Positions 1 to 9,416 of a DNA stretch of 64,000 nucleotides are shown here, one piece after another. The DNA is from Candidatus Magasanikbacteria bacterium GW2011_GWC2_37_14 (GTDB lineage: Bacteria > Patescibacteriota > Patescibacteriia > Magasanikbacterales > UBA922): NCBI GenBank assembly GCA_000990355.1, contig LBSX01000004.1, positions 1,757-65,756 of the forward strand, in the 5' to 3' direction. Each line of letters opens with the position of its first letter. Position 1 is the first letter of the stretch. Under the pieces are notes generated by a model, which ran no database searches, was not told the origin of the DNA, and saw nothing but the letters and a program-made list of their open reading frames with translations. Both the position numbers and the translations under genes were made by a program.

Positions 1-312
1 ATTGCCCACAACGAAGCGATAAATCATTTAAAAAAATATCATCGCGAAGTAATGTCCTTGGATGAAGGCGAGTGGGAAGTAGTAGATAGTAAAATTAATT
101 ATGGTGAAAAAATTGATTCACAAATTTTAAGAGAAAAAATTGGTAAATATTTATTACAAATAAAAGAAAAATATCGCACCCCGTTGGTTCTGTATTTTTT
201 TGAAGAAAAAAGTTATGAAGAAATTAGTGACATTTTGCGAGTACCAGTGAGTACTGTAGGAGTACTAATTATGCGGGGTAAAAAAATGCTAAAAAATTTA
301 ATAAACAATTAA
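1..312 (+). CDS. ECF sigma-70 factor, 5'-truncated by window edge
   Basis: Frame open from base 1 (IAHNEAINHLKK, end of region 2); region 4 HTH LYFFEEKSYEEISDILRVPVSTVGVLIMRGKK. Confidence 0.9.
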   Translation: MAHNEAINHLKKYHREVMSLDEGEWEVVDSKINYGEKIDSQILREKIGKYLLQIKEKYRTPLVLYFFEEKSYEEISDILRVPVSTVGVLIMRGKKMLKNLINN

Positions 313-337
313 TTACTCGTCGTGAGTTTAACAAACT

Positions 338-1132
338 ATGGAAAATAATAATTTGGAAAATGTAGAAAAAAAAGTAATGTCGGAAATTAAAACTGGCCGG
401 ATAAAATTAAAATCTAAATATCTTTTTTTAGTAGAAAAACTTGGTTTAAGTAGCATTTTGGTTTTCTCTATTTTTTTGGCAGTATTGTTTTTTAGTTTAT
501 TTTTTTATTATTTAAAAACTACCGATAATTTGTGGTATTTAAGTTTTGGTAGTCGGGGTTTCTTTGCTTTTTTGGAATCTTTTCCCTATTTATTGATAGC
601 GTTGTTTATAATTTTAATTTTAATTGCCGGTTTAGTTATTAAAACCAAGGGGTGGCTTTATAAAAAGCCTTTTTCGCAAGTAGGTTTAATTTTATTGGGT
701 GTTATTGTTTTATTAGGTGTTGTTTTGTCGCTTACTAATGTTTGGGAATTTGCCGAAAGAAGAAGTTTTGGGCCAGGAGGTAGTCATTTTTTTCGACCAT
801 TTTTTGAACCGGGATTAGGTATACGTGGCAGTGGTATTGCTGGTTTGGTTGTTATGGTAGATGATAAAACTATCAGTATTCAAACTCCGCATGGCGAGGT
901 AAAATTGGATTTAAGCATGGCTATAGATAAACCGGAAAATATTTTACCAGGTAATTTTGTAATGGCAATTGGTGAAAGAAATGGCGACCTGTTTGTAGTA
1001 GAAAGAATTCGGATAGTAGAAGAAGGAACAATGCCCATGATTAGAAGGGGAGTAGAACGAAGATTTAATAGTGAACGTTTGCCTGTAAATTTTAGAGAAG
1101 ATTGTGGTCATCTTGATTGTTTTTTAAAATAA
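338..1132 (+). CDS. Membrane protein, probable anti-sigma factor
   Basis: Directly after ECF sigma; three hydrophobic segments and a beta-rich C-terminal domain. Confidence 0.6.
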   Translation: MENNNLENVEKKVMSEIKTGRIKLKSKYLFLVEKLGLSSILVFSIFLAVLFFSLFFYYLKTTDNLWYLSFGSRGFFAFLESFPYLLIALFIILILIAGLVIKTKGWLYKKPFSQVGLILLGVIVLLGVVLSLTNVWEFAERRSFGPGGSHFFRPFFEPGLGIRGSGIAGLVVMVDDKTISIQTPHGEVKLDLSMAIDKPENILPGNFVMAIGERNGDLFVVERIRIVEEGTMPMIRRGVERRFNSERLPVNFREDCGHLDCFLK

Positions 1133-1138
1133 TTTTTT

Positions 1139-3004
1139 ATGAAGAAAATTTTTGATTACATAAAACTTCACAAAATGTATTCTGTAATTATTTTAGTGAT
1201 TTTGTTTTTAGTTGTTTATTTTGCTTGGGGGAAAATTTTTTCAACCACAGCCGTGGTACGTTATGTTACTGCTCAAGCAGAAAAAGGCACTCTACTTTCT
1301 TCAATTACCGGCACGGGCCAGGTTTCTACTTTAAATCAATTAAATATTAAACCACTGGCCTCGGGAATTGTAAAAAGTGTAAATGTAAAAGCTGGGGATA
1401 TTGTTAAAGCCAATCAAATTTTGTTAACTCTAGATCAAAGTAAAGCTTATTTTACACTCTCGCAAGCTCAATCGGCAGTGGCAAGTGCCCAAGCCAATTA
1501 TAATGCTTTAATGAATGTTCCGCAAAAAGATTTGAATACTTTTTTGAATGCGGTAAAAAGTGCGGAATTGGATTTGGCCAAGACTAAAAATGATTCTAAT
1601 TCTAGTATTATTGTTGCAGAAAATACCGTGGTTACTGCCCAACAAAATTTAAAATTAGCAGTTGGAGGAGAAAATAGCGATATTGTTAATTCTGCTTACC
1701 AAGATGCTGTTTTTTATTTAAATAATTTATCAGTTAAATTACATGATACGCTTAATGAAGTTGACAGTATTTTGGGTATTGATAACCCTTTAATTAATGA
1801 TAGTTTTGAACAAATTTTATCAACTTTGGATGAAAGTAAATTAACAATTGCTAATCGAGATTATTATCCAGCTAAAGATACTACTATAATTGTGCAAAAA
1901 ACGGCCAATAGTCTGACTATTAATAGCAGTCATAGCGAGGTAGATCAAACTTTGGTTTTAGCAGGAGATGCTTTGCAAAAAATGTCTGATTTACTAACTA
2001 CTATGACTGACATGCTAAATGCTACTCCAGCTGTGGGAAATTTAACGCAAACAGAATTAGATAGTTTAAAAAGTAGTATTTCCAGTGCTCGCACTACCAT
2101 CAATAGCCAATATACAAGTTTACTTAGTCAAAAAGAGAGTTTAACAGATGCAAAAAATAGCTATACAAATTATCAGATTGCTTACGACAAAGCGGTACGA
2201 GATTTAGCTACTGCTAAATTGAATGCCGAAGTGAGTATTAATACCAAAGAAGTAGCTTTACAAACGGCTAAAGATAATTTAAATGAAAAACAAAATCCTA
2301 GTGAAGATGACATCAGAATCACGCAAACCAAATTAGCTTCGGCGCAAAATCAATTGGCTAGTGCTGTGGAAGATTACAATAATATGATTATTCGCGCGCC
2401 ATTTGAAGGAGAAGTGGCCGAGATTTCGGTTTTAAGAGGCGATCAAATTGGTGAATCAACTTCGGTAGCCACATTAATTACCGAACAAAAAATTGTCGAG
2501 ATTCCTTTAAATGAAGTGGATATTGCCAAAATAAAATTGGGACAAAAAGCCAGTTTAAATTTTGATGCATTTTCTGATTTAACTATTACTGGTCAGGTGA
2601 TTGAAATTGATACTTTGAGCACTGTTAGCCAGGGGGTGGTTAGTTACAATATTAAGATTGCTTTTGATGTACAAGATGAAAGAGTTAAACCTGGTATGAG
2701 TGTAAGTGCTAGCATTATTTTAAGTAGTAAACCAGATGTTTTGTTGGTACCTACTGGAGCAGTTAAAACTCAAAATGGCGCTAATTATGTAGAAGTATTA
2801 GTAAATAATTTACCAGTGCAAAAAAACGTAGAAATTGGTGAAGAAGGCGACACCATGACCGAAATTTTGAGTGGTTTAACCGAAGGTGAAGAGATAATTA
2901 CCCAAAAAATAACTACTTCGGCTACAACTGTTAGTGCAGGTACTCCTGCTTTTGGTGGTGGCAATAGTGCTTTAAGAACTTTGGGCGGTGGCGGTGGAAG
3001 ATAA
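1139..3004 (+). CDS. Efflux adaptor / membrane fusion protein (MacA/YknX-like)
   Basis: N-terminal TM; lipoyl halves SGIVKSVNVKAGDIVK and IIRAPFEGEV around a long coiled coil; KPGMSVSASI, VLLVPTGAV. Confidence 0.9.
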   Translation: MKKIFDYIKLHKMYSVIILVILFLVVYFAWGKIFSTTAVVRYVTAQAEKGTLLSSITGTGQVSTLNQLNIKPLASGIVKSVNVKAGDIVKANQILLTLDQSKAYFTLSQAQSAVASAQANYNALMNVPQKDLNTFLNAVKSAELDLAKTKNDSNSSIIVAENTVVTAQQNLKLAVGGENSDIVNSAYQDAVFYLNNLSVKLHDTLNEVDSILGIDNPLINDSFEQILSTLDESKLTIANRDYYPAKDTTIIVQKTANSLTINSSHSEVDQTLVLAGDALQKMSDLLTTMTDMLNATPAVGNLTQTELDSLKSSISSARTTINSQYTSLLSQKESLTDAKNSYTNYQIAYDKAVRDLATAKLNAEVSINTKEVALQTAKDNLNEKQNPSEDDIRITQTKLASAQNQLASAVEDYNNMIIRAPFEGEVAEISVLRGDQIGESTSVATLITEQKIVEIPLNEVDIAKIKLGQKASLNFDAFSDLTITGQVIEIDTLSTVSQGVVSYNIKIAFDVQDERVKPGMSVSASIILSSKPDVLLVPTGAVKTQNGANYVEVLVNNLPVQKNVEIGEEGDTMTEILSGLTEGEEIITQKITTSATTVSAGTPAFGGGNSALRTLGGGGGR

Positions 3005-3019
3005 ACAGGAGGATATTAT

Positions 3020-3703
3020 ATGATTAAATGTATTGATATTACAAAAATTTATAACACTGGAGGCAGTGAAGTGCCTGTACTCAAGAATGTTAATTTTGAA
3101 ATAAATAAAGGTGAATTTGTGGCAATTGTGGGTCCTTCGGGATCGGGCAAATCTACCTTAATGCATATTTTGGGGGCATTGGATAGGCCGACTAGTGGTA
3201 AATATTTTTTGGATAACAAAGATGTTTCTTCTTTAACCGACGAAGAGTTAGCTCAAATTCGTTCGCAAAAAATTGGTTTTGTTTTTCAATCTTTTAATCT
3301 TTTACCACGTTCATCGGTCCTGCGTAATGTTTCATTGCCTTTTATATATGATAAAAAAGTTTCTAGAAATGAACGTCAGGCAAAAGCAGAAAAAGCTTTA
3401 TTAGCTGTTGGTTTAGAAAAAGATCGTTGGCAACATTTATCCAACCAATTGTCTGGTGGCCAAATGCAACGTGTGGCAATTGCTCGGGCACTGGTCAATG
3501 ATCCCGATATTATTTTGGCCGACGAGCCGACGGGTAATTTGGATTCCAAAACCGGTGAAATTGTTTTGGAAACTTTTCGTAAAATTAATCAAGAAAAAGG
3601 ACATACTATTATTTTGATTACTCATGATAAAAGAGTAGCCAGTTTTGCCAGGCGAACAATTGAAATAAAAGATGGTTTAATTGTGGCTGATTTTAAAAAT
3701 TAA
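3020..3703 (+). CDS. ABC transporter ATP-binding protein (MacB/LolD type)
   Basis: Walker [37 protein letters not shown]; AGGAGG at 3007-3012. Confidence 0.95.
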   Translation: MIKCIDITKIYNTGGSEVPVLKNVNFEINKGEFVAIVGPSGSGKSTLMHILGALDRPTSGKYFLDNKDVSSLTDEELAQIRSQKIGFVFQSFNLLPRSSVLRNVSLPFIYDKKVSRNERQAKAEKALLAVGLEKDRWQHLSNQLSGGQMQRVAIARALVNDPDIILADEPTGNLDSKTGEIVLETFRKINQEKGHTIILITHDKRVASFARRTIEIKDGLIVADFKN

Positions 3704-3707
3704 TTAT

Positions 3708-4931
3708 ATGCAAGCTCCCGATTTATTTGAAGAAACCTTTTTTTCTTTATCGGCCAACAAATCACGGTCGATTTTAACAATTTTGGGAATTGTAATTGGT
3801 ATTGCTTCGGTAATTACCATGATTTCCGTTGGTCAAGGAGCCGCGCAAGATATTACTGGTCGTATTGAATCACTAGGTACTAATCTTTTAGTAATAAGTC
3901 CTGGTTCAGGACAGCAAGCCGGTACAATTGTACGTGGTGGCGCAGGTTCGGCGGAAACTTTAAAAATTTCCGATGCCGAAGCAATTAGAGCCAGTGTCCC
4001 CGAAGCAGAATTAGTAGCCCCGGTAGTAAATTCTCGTAAACAAGTAATCGCCAAAGGACAAAATACCAATACTAGTATTTATGGAATTGAGACTAATTAT
4101 TTTACAATTAAAGCTATTGTTGTAGAAAATGGTTCAGCATTTACTGATCGACAAAATACTTCTCGCGCCAAGGTGGCAGTTTTGGGTCCAACTGCGAATA
4201 CTGATTTATTTGGCGAGGGTTTTAATTCCGTAGGACAAAAAATAAAAATCAACAATCAAGAATTTACGGTGATTGGTATAACGCAAGCCAAAGGCGGAAC
4301 TGGTTTTGGCAATGCTGATGATTTAATTTATATTCCACTTAACACTGCCTTACAATACATTTCTGGTAGTGATTCTTTGAGTAGTATTAATGTTCAAGTG
4401 AGTGAAGCTGAACTAATGACTGTGGCTCAAGCGGAAATTCAAGATTTGTTATTGCAAAGACATCGAATAAATGATCCGGCTAATGCTGATTTTAGTATTG
4501 TTAGTCAAGCAGATCTATTAAGTTCTTTATCCTCGGTTAGTGATACTTTAACCATGCTACTTGGAGCAATTGGGGGAATTTCTTTAATCGTCGGTGGTAT
4601 TGGGATTATGAATATGATGTTGACTACAGTTACCGAACGTACTCGAGAAATTGGATTGCGAAAATCTTTGGGTGCTACCAAAAATGATATTAGCTGGCAG
4701 TTTTTGGCTGAATCGGTAGCGCTAACTTTTATTGGTGGAATAATTGGTATTATGATTGGTTATTTGGCATCTTTGGCAGTAACCAAATTTAGTGGTATTA
4801 ATACAAATATTACCATGTCTTCGGTTTTGATTGCCGTGGGTGTATCTGGTTTAATTGGCATTTTGTTTGGTTACTATCCGGCTCGCCGGGCTGCCAAAAT
4901 GGATCCAATTGAAGCTTTACGTTATCAATAA
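3708..4931 (+). CDS. ABC transporter permease (MacB/FtsX-like)
   Basis: RSILTILGIVIGIASV, GGIGIMNMML..V.ERTREIGLRKSLGA, PARRAAKMDPIEALRY; ATG 3708 preferred over 3681. Confidence 0.93.
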   Translation: MQAPDLFEETFFSLSANKSRSILTILGIVIGIASVITMISVGQGAAQDITGRIESLGTNLLVISPGSGQQAGTIVRGGAGSAETLKISDAEAIRASVPEAELVAPVVNSRKQVIAKGQNTNTSIYGIETNYFTIKAIVVENGSAFTDRQNTSRAKVAVLGPTANTDLFGEGFNSVGQKIKINNQEFTVIGITQAKGGTGFGNADDLIYIPLNTALQYISGSDSLSSINVQVSEAELMTVAQAEIQDLLLQRHRINDPANADFSIVSQADLLSSLSSVSDTLTMLLGAIGGISLIVGGIGIMNMMLTTVTERTREIGLRKSLGATKNDISWQFLAESVALTFIGGIIGIMIGYLASLAVTKFSGINTNITMSSVLIAVGVSGLIGILFGYYPARRAAKMDPIEALRYQ

Positions 4932-4965
4932 CATAAAACCTCCCCAAGTGGGAGGTTTTATGTTA
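4929..4965. terminator. Intrinsic terminator hairpin
   Basis: Perfect 16-bp IR TAACATAAAACCTCCC-caagt-GGGAGGTTTTATGTTA at the permease stop. Confidence 0.75.
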
Positions 4966-4975
4966 AAATAGTTTC

Positions 4976-7228
4976 ATGGCGTTAAATACCTCACTCGTAC
5001 AATTAAATACTTTTAGTAAGAGTTTGAGTGCCAAATTAAAAAAAATTGGACTTTTTTCAGTACAAAATTTACTATTTTATTTGCCTTTTCGTTATGAAGA
5101 CTATAGTAAAGTTTTAACAATTGCTAATTTAACCCCAGGAGAACAAGTAACCATTAAAGCGCAAATTAGTGCGATTGCGGTAAAACGTGGTTGGAAATAT
5201 AGTAAAATGTTTACTGAAGCCATTGCCGAAGATGAAACTGGAAAAATAAAATTAATGTGGTTTGGCCAACCCTTTATTGCCAAAGTTTTAAAAATGGGTG
5301 ATGTGGCTTATTTTTCGGGAATTGTGAAAGATGGTAAATTGGGTTTGAATATGGTGAACCCAGTTTATGAAAAAGATACCCCCCCTAGCCCCCCCTTATT
5401 AAGGGGGGGGAAACAGAACGACACCCTTGTTAAAGTGGGAAATCGGATACATACTGCTAGAATTGTGCCAATTTATCATACAACCGAAAAATTAACGCAA
5501 AAACAATTACGTTATTTAATTAGCCAAGTTATTGGTTTGGCAACAGAAATCAAAGAATGGCTGCCTGAAGAATTTTTGGAAAGTGCAGATTTAGTACCAT
5601 TAAGTGAAGCGATTCGGGGAATTCATTTTCCCGAAGATGAAACTGATTTAGTACAAGCGCAAAAACGTTTAAAGTTTGGGGAAATTTTTATTTTACAATT
5701 GCGAGCGGAAATGATTCGCCAGTCTTTAAAAAGAGCTAATGCGCCAATTATTAGTTTTCAAGAAAAAGCAGTAAAAGAATTTGTAGCTAAATTGCCATTT
5801 GAACTTACCGCACCACAAAAAGTAGCTAGTTGGGAAATATTAAAAGACTTAAACAAAAACGAACCAATGAATCGTTTGTTGGAAGGGGATGTGGGCAGTG
5901 GTAAAACTGTAGTAGCGGGTTTGGCACTTTACAATACAGTTTTAAATGGTTATCAGGGAGTGATTATGGCACCGACGGAGATTTTGGCAAGGCAACATTT
6001 TGAATCTTTAAAACAAATTTTGGGTGATAATGTTAGTTTGGCGTTATTAACACGTTCTCAATTTACAGTTTACAATTTACAATTTACAAAAAATTTCCAA
6101 TTTTCAAATGACAAATTAAGTAAACAAAAAATTGTTGAGTTAATCAAAAATGGGGAAATTGATGTGGTAGTTGGTACTCATTCATTGCTCTCAGATGATG
6201 TACAATTTAAACATTTGGGTTTGGCAGTGGTAGATGAACAACATCGTTTTGGTGTGGAACAACGTAAAATTTTGCGTGAAAAAGCTGGTGGTGGGCGACT
6301 TAACCCACATTTTTTATCAATGACCGCTACGCCAATTCCGCGTTCGTTCGCACTCCTGCTTTATGGTGATTTGGATTTATCAATTATTAATCAATTACCA
6401 GTTGGTCGCAAACCAATTAAAACCCGGGTAGTAGAACCTTATAATCGGCAGAAAGCTTATGAATTTATTAAAGAACAAGTAAAACTAGGCAGGCAAGTGT
6501 TTGTAATTTGTCCGCTAATTGAATCATCTGTCATCCCGACCGAGTCTCGCGACGAGTGGAGCCTGCCTGCCGGCGAGGCAGGGGATCCCTCGACTTCGCT
6601 TCGCTACGCTCGGGATGACAAAAGTGACGAGAAAAAAACAGTAATGAGTGAATATAAAAAACTTTCCGAAGAAATTTTTCCAGATTTAAAAGTTGCTTAT
6701 TTACATGGAAAATTGCCCGCCCGAGGCGGGTCCGCCTTGGGCGGAAAGCCATCAAAAGAATCCGTCATGGAAGCTTTTAGAAATGGGGAAACAAATATTT
6801 TGGTTTCTACTTCGGTAATTGAAGTAGGAGTAAATATTCCCAATGCGAGTGTAATGATGATTGAAGGAGCCGAAAGATTTGGTTTGGCACAATTACATCA
6901 GTTTCGCGGTCGGGTAGGCCGGGCCGAGCATCAATCATATTGTTTACTATTTTCTAATACAGAAAACGAGAAAGCCTTAGCACGTTTAGAATTTTTTCAA
7001 AATAATATTGATGGTTTTAAGGTAGCAGAATATGATTTGGAAACTAGGGGACCGGGTGAAGTGTATGGTACGGCGCAATCTGGTTTGGGTAATTTTAAAT
7101 TAGCGACTTTAAAAGATATTAAATTAATAAAACTAGCGCGGGATTTGGTAAGAGATATAGATTTTAACCAGTACCCGATTTTTAAAGAAAAAGTAAAAGA
7201 ATGGGAAAAAGGAGTGCATTTGGAGTAA
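4976..7228 (+). CDS. recG: ATP-dependent DNA helicase RecG with four in-frame repeat-derived inserts
   Basis: LLFYLPFRYED, RLLEGDVGSGKT, VDEQHRFGVEQR, MTATPIPR, AERFGLAQLHQFRGRVGR, DLETRGPGE. Confidence 0.97.
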   Translation: MALNTSLVQLNTFSKSLSAKLKKIGLFSVQNLLFYLPFRYEDYSKVLTIANLTPGEQVTIKAQISAIAVKRGWKYSKMFTEAIAEDETGKIKLMWFGQPFIAKVLKMGDVAYFSGIVKDGKLGLNMVNPVYEKDTPPSPPLLRGGKQNDTLVKVGNRIHTARIVPIYHTTEKLTQKQLRYLISQVIGLATEIKEWLPEEFLESADLVPLSEAIRGIHFPEDETDLVQAQKRLKFGEIFILQLRAEMIRQSLKRANAPIISFQEKAVKEFVAKLPFELTAPQKVASWEILKDLNKNEPMNRLLEGDVGSGKTVVAGLALYNTVLNGYQGVIMAPTEILARQHFESLKQILGDNVSLALLTRSQFTVYNLQFTKNFQFSNDKLSKQKIVELIKNGEIDVVVGTHSLLSDDVQFKHLGLAVVDEQHRFGVEQRKILREKAGGGRLNPHFLSMTATPIPRSFALLLYGDLDLSIINQLPVGRKPIKTRVVEPYNRQKAYEFIKEQVKLGRQVFVICPLIESSVIPTESRDEWSLPAGEAGDPSTSLRYARDDKSDEKKTVMSEYKKLSEEIFPDLKVAYLHGKLPARGGSALGGKPSKESVMEAFRNGETNILVSTSVIEVGVNIPNASVMMIEGAERFGLAQLHQFRGRVGRAEHQSYCLLFSNTENEKALARLEFFQNNIDGFKVAEYDLETRGPGEVYGTAQSGLGNFKLATLKDIKLIKLARDLVRDIDFNQYPIFKEKVKEWEKGVHLE
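5378..5413. repeat. Family C half element, in frame in recG
   Basis: ACCCCCCCTAGCCCCCCCTTATTAAGGGGGGGGAAA read as TPPSPPLLRGGK; matches 7336-7360 and 56488-56517. Confidence 0.85.
6059..6113. repeat. Heptamer tandem repeat, in frame in recG
   Basis: CAATTTA CAGTTTA CAATTTA CAATTTA CAA..CAATTTT CAAATGA; same unit as 20606-20719. Confidence 0.75.
6529..6620. repeat. TGTCATCCCGA..TCGGGATGACA element with nested family F element, in frame in recG
   Basis: Terminal IR TGTCATCCCGA/TCGGGATGACA; CCTGCCTGCCGGCGAGGCAGG at 6562-6582; homologous to 30368-30482. Confidence 0.9.
6716..6745. repeat. 30-bp double hairpin (family G), in frame in recG
   Basis: CCCGCCCGAGGCGGG TCCGCCTTGGGCGGA = PARGGSALGG after HGKL. 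Confidence 0.85.
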
Positions 7229-7235
7229 ATGATTT

Positions 7236-7360
7236 TCCCCCTTAACAAAGGGGGACCTGCCTACCGGCAGGCAGGTTAAGGGGGTTGTTGGCGAATATCC
7301 CCCCCGCCTGCCATGCCTGGCACTGGCGGGCAGGCCTAGCCCCCCTTTACCAAGGGGGGT
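7236..7360. repeat. Family C element carrying two nested family F-like elements
   Basis: Removing 7256-7275 and 7306-7335 leaves the near reverse complement of 56445-56517 (shared core GGGGGTTGTTGGCGAATATCCCCC). Confidence 0.85.
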
Positions 7361-7374
7361 AAATTGACAAGGTC

Positions 7375-7403
7375 TTGACAAAAGTCGTTATTTGTGCCAT
7401 AAT
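7375..7403 (+). promoter_or_regulatory. Sigma70 promoter of GC-rich islet 1
   Basis: TTGACA-17 bp-CATAAT with extended -10 TG. Confidence 0.75.
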
Positions 7404-7507
7404 ATTTAGGTGATTTTCAATTTAGGATCCAACCATAAAGTTGGTGTTGTCGCGAAAGTGACAGGATTGAAATCACTATCTTTCCACTGTGCTGGAGGAG
7501 AAACCCC

Positions 7508-7747
7508 ATGAGGTGTAAGGAAGCGCGAGCCGCAGGTGGTGTCCCCGCGGGTCAAACTCCGGGGAAGAAGCCGAGGAGCAAGTTTTCCTATCGTAGCCTC
7601 CGCGTCCGCGTGGAGACTGTTGGGGTGGCCGACCTCAGTGAGATGTCGGAACACCGCCCGGCGTGCTGTACGACGGATGAAGACCACGTCCTTCTGCAAA
7701 TGGGGTTCAACCCCAGTGAGATGCCGGGTCGCAAAGATCCTTCGTAA
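7508..7747 (+). CDS. GC-rich orphan small protein, 79 aa
   Basis: GGAGG at 7494-7498; about 53 of 79 codons end in G/C; lies between a promoter and a terminator. Confidence 0.55.
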   Translation: MRCKEARAAGGVPAGQTPGKKPRSKFSYRSLRVRVETVGVADLSEMSEHRPACCTTDEDHVLLQMGFNPSEMPGRKDPS

Positions 7748-7898
7748 AGCCCTCCTTTGTCCGGCCAGTTCTTGGCCGAAGTTCTTTCTTACCTCCCCCC
7801 AAACGAGCTTGGTGGGGCTCTTCAGACCGCCAACTCGCTTCCTCTATAATTTCAGTTCGAGATTACTGGTGAAGCGAGCGGCCTGAAGTTTGTAAATT

Positions 7899-7931
7899 AA
7901 AAACATCCACCTCTTCGGCGGATGTTTTTTT
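7899..7931. terminator. Bidirectional intrinsic terminator
   Basis: AAAAACATCC..GGATGTTTTTTT between convergent units. Confidence 0.75.
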
Positions 7932-7937
7932 GTAAAA

Positions 7938-9374
7938 TTATTCTGGTAAAATTTTAGTATTTGAAGGACATTGATTTTTATCAACAGTCACATATAAATT
8001 TGTAACACCCAAGCCCATTACTGTGGCCGCAGTTCCAAAAGTGTAATCTCTTGGCGCACCACGAAATACTTTTTTCCCACCAAGACCGTACTTGGTGCCT
8101 GCGGGAAAGGTGGTATCTGGCCAAGTGTTTGGGTCACATTTAAATATATCGAGTGCTTGTTCCAAACCACCACTACCATTGGCATTACCAAAGTAGATCA
8201 TTAGAATTTTAATTTCGTCTGGGGCATTTTTACATTTGCTTTCAATTAATTTTAAATGGTACTTGATCATATTTACACCAATAGCAGTATTCACAGCAGG
8301 ATTTTTTATGGTAAGTGTATCACACAGACTTTCATTAAGTTTCATTTGTTTTAAATTTTCTTTGCAATATTCTGGTAATGTTTGAAAAAGTCCAGTATAG
8401 CCTATTTTGTTTACGATGTCGGCGTTTAAACCAGATTCTCTGTGCGAAATTCCTTTTAAAACTCTCCAATCTATTCCTATACAATTTGCAAAAGATTGGA
8501 ATACGCTATCGTATTGAGTAGAAGAAATAGGTTGGGCTTTCCAGTAGCCAACACTGTGTCCTTCCAAAATTAATTTGCTTAAATCAGCCCCAGTTACATA
8601 CGCCACTCTTAAATTTTTAAATTCCACCAAATTTGGATTGATACGATAAAGTAGGGAATAAGAACCAACTGCCAAAAGTATGCCAATGATTGCTTCACCA
8701 ATGCGTTTTTTGGAATGACTAATTTTTTCGGCTTCGCCAGCCGACATTACCCAGCCTAAGCCGGCACCAATAATCATCACAATGGAAATAACGGCCATAA
8801 CCGCGATAGCATATTTGTAAATGGCAGCAATGTATTCACCTAAAAAAGGAATATACATGTAAGTACTACCATTTTCTTCAACAGTTTTTATCTCACTAAA
8901 ATTTACTCCAGGAATACTAACACGGGGAGTGGGTTTAATAGTTTTTACTTCATCCAAAAGTTTTATAGTAGCAGGAGTAGCATCGGAGTTAACCAAATAA
9001 TCCCAAAAACTTTGGTCTTTAATAGGTAAAGGAAATTTTGAATTAGTGGCGTTTCTTTTATCTATACAATAGTCCAAGTCCCAGGTCATGTCTTCTCCAT
9101 CGTGGCATTTCCAGTCTTCGGGGACTCCACCAAATTCATCAGAGCAGGTTTTACTGGTTCCTGGATTAAAAGGAACCCACTCGCCATATACTTCTCCACA
9201 GTCACAGAAGGCCAGGGTTTTTCCATTTTCTTCTTTGTTACTGTTTTCACAATCATCGCTTTTGCATTCAGAATTATTATTACAAGGTTGACCAAAAGCT
9301 TTGGTACCAACGGCAAAAGTAAGACTGGGGAATAGACAGAAAATTAAAATAATAATAGACAAAGATTTTTTCAT
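7938..9374 (-). CDS. Cys-rich domain + VirB2/TrbC-like pilin + SLT lytic transglycosylase fusion
   Basis: Signal peptide from ATG 9374; pilin-like YIAAIYKYAI..SAGEAEKI..AIIGILL..LLYRINPNLV; SLT motifs GISHRESG and TGLFQ. Confidence 0.75.
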   Translation of the reverse strand: MKKSLSIIILIFCLFPSLTFAVGTKAFGQPCNNNSECKSDDCENSNKEENGKTLAFCDCGEVYGEWVPFNPGTSKTCSDEFGGVPEDWKCHDGEDMTWDLDYCIDKRNATNSKFPLPIKDQSFWDYLVNSDATPATIKLLDEVKTIKPTPRVSIPGVNFSEIKTVEENGSTYMYIPFLGEYIAAIYKYAIAVMAVISIVMIIGAGLGWVMSAGEAEKISHSKKRIGEAIIGILLAVGSYSLLYRINPNLVEFKNLRVAYVTGADLSKLILEGHSVGYWKAQPISSTQYDSVFQSFANCIGIDWRVLKGISHRESGLNADIVNKIGYTGLFQTLPEYCKENLKQMKLNESLCDTLTIKNPAVNTAIGVNMIKYHLKLIESKCKNAPDEIKILMIYFGNANGSGGLEQALDIFKCDPNTWPDTTFPAGTKYGLGGKKVFRGAPRDYTFGTAATVMGLGVTNLYVTVDKNQCPSNTKILPE

Positions 9375-9384
9375 AGATTTTCTT

Positions 9385-9412
9385 CTGGATCCCCGCATTC
9401 GCGAGGATGACA
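9385..9412. repeat. Family D half element
   Basis: CTGGATCCCCGCATTCGCGAGGATGACA, compare 57433-57459. Confidence 0.6.
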
Positions 9413-9416
9413 GGGG

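Noticed and set aside
4976-7228. recG and GT4 inserts as inteins or self-splicing introns
   Set aside because: Too short and lacking intein or group I/II motifs
7133-7381. 82-aa minus ORF, also 23462-23653, 18404-18670, 57382-57679
   Set aside because: Built largely from palindromic elements or antisense to real genes
7406-7886. Alternative ORFs 7406-7699 (-) and 7536-7886 (+)
   Set aside because: No ribosome site or promoter support comparable to 7508-7747; long open frames are expected in GC-rich DNA
7410-7931. Islet 1 as RNase P RNA, tmRNA or SRP RNA
   Set aside because: No GAGGAAAGTCC, no tRNA-like ends, no proper SRP helix-8 motif seen; Rfam scan still advised
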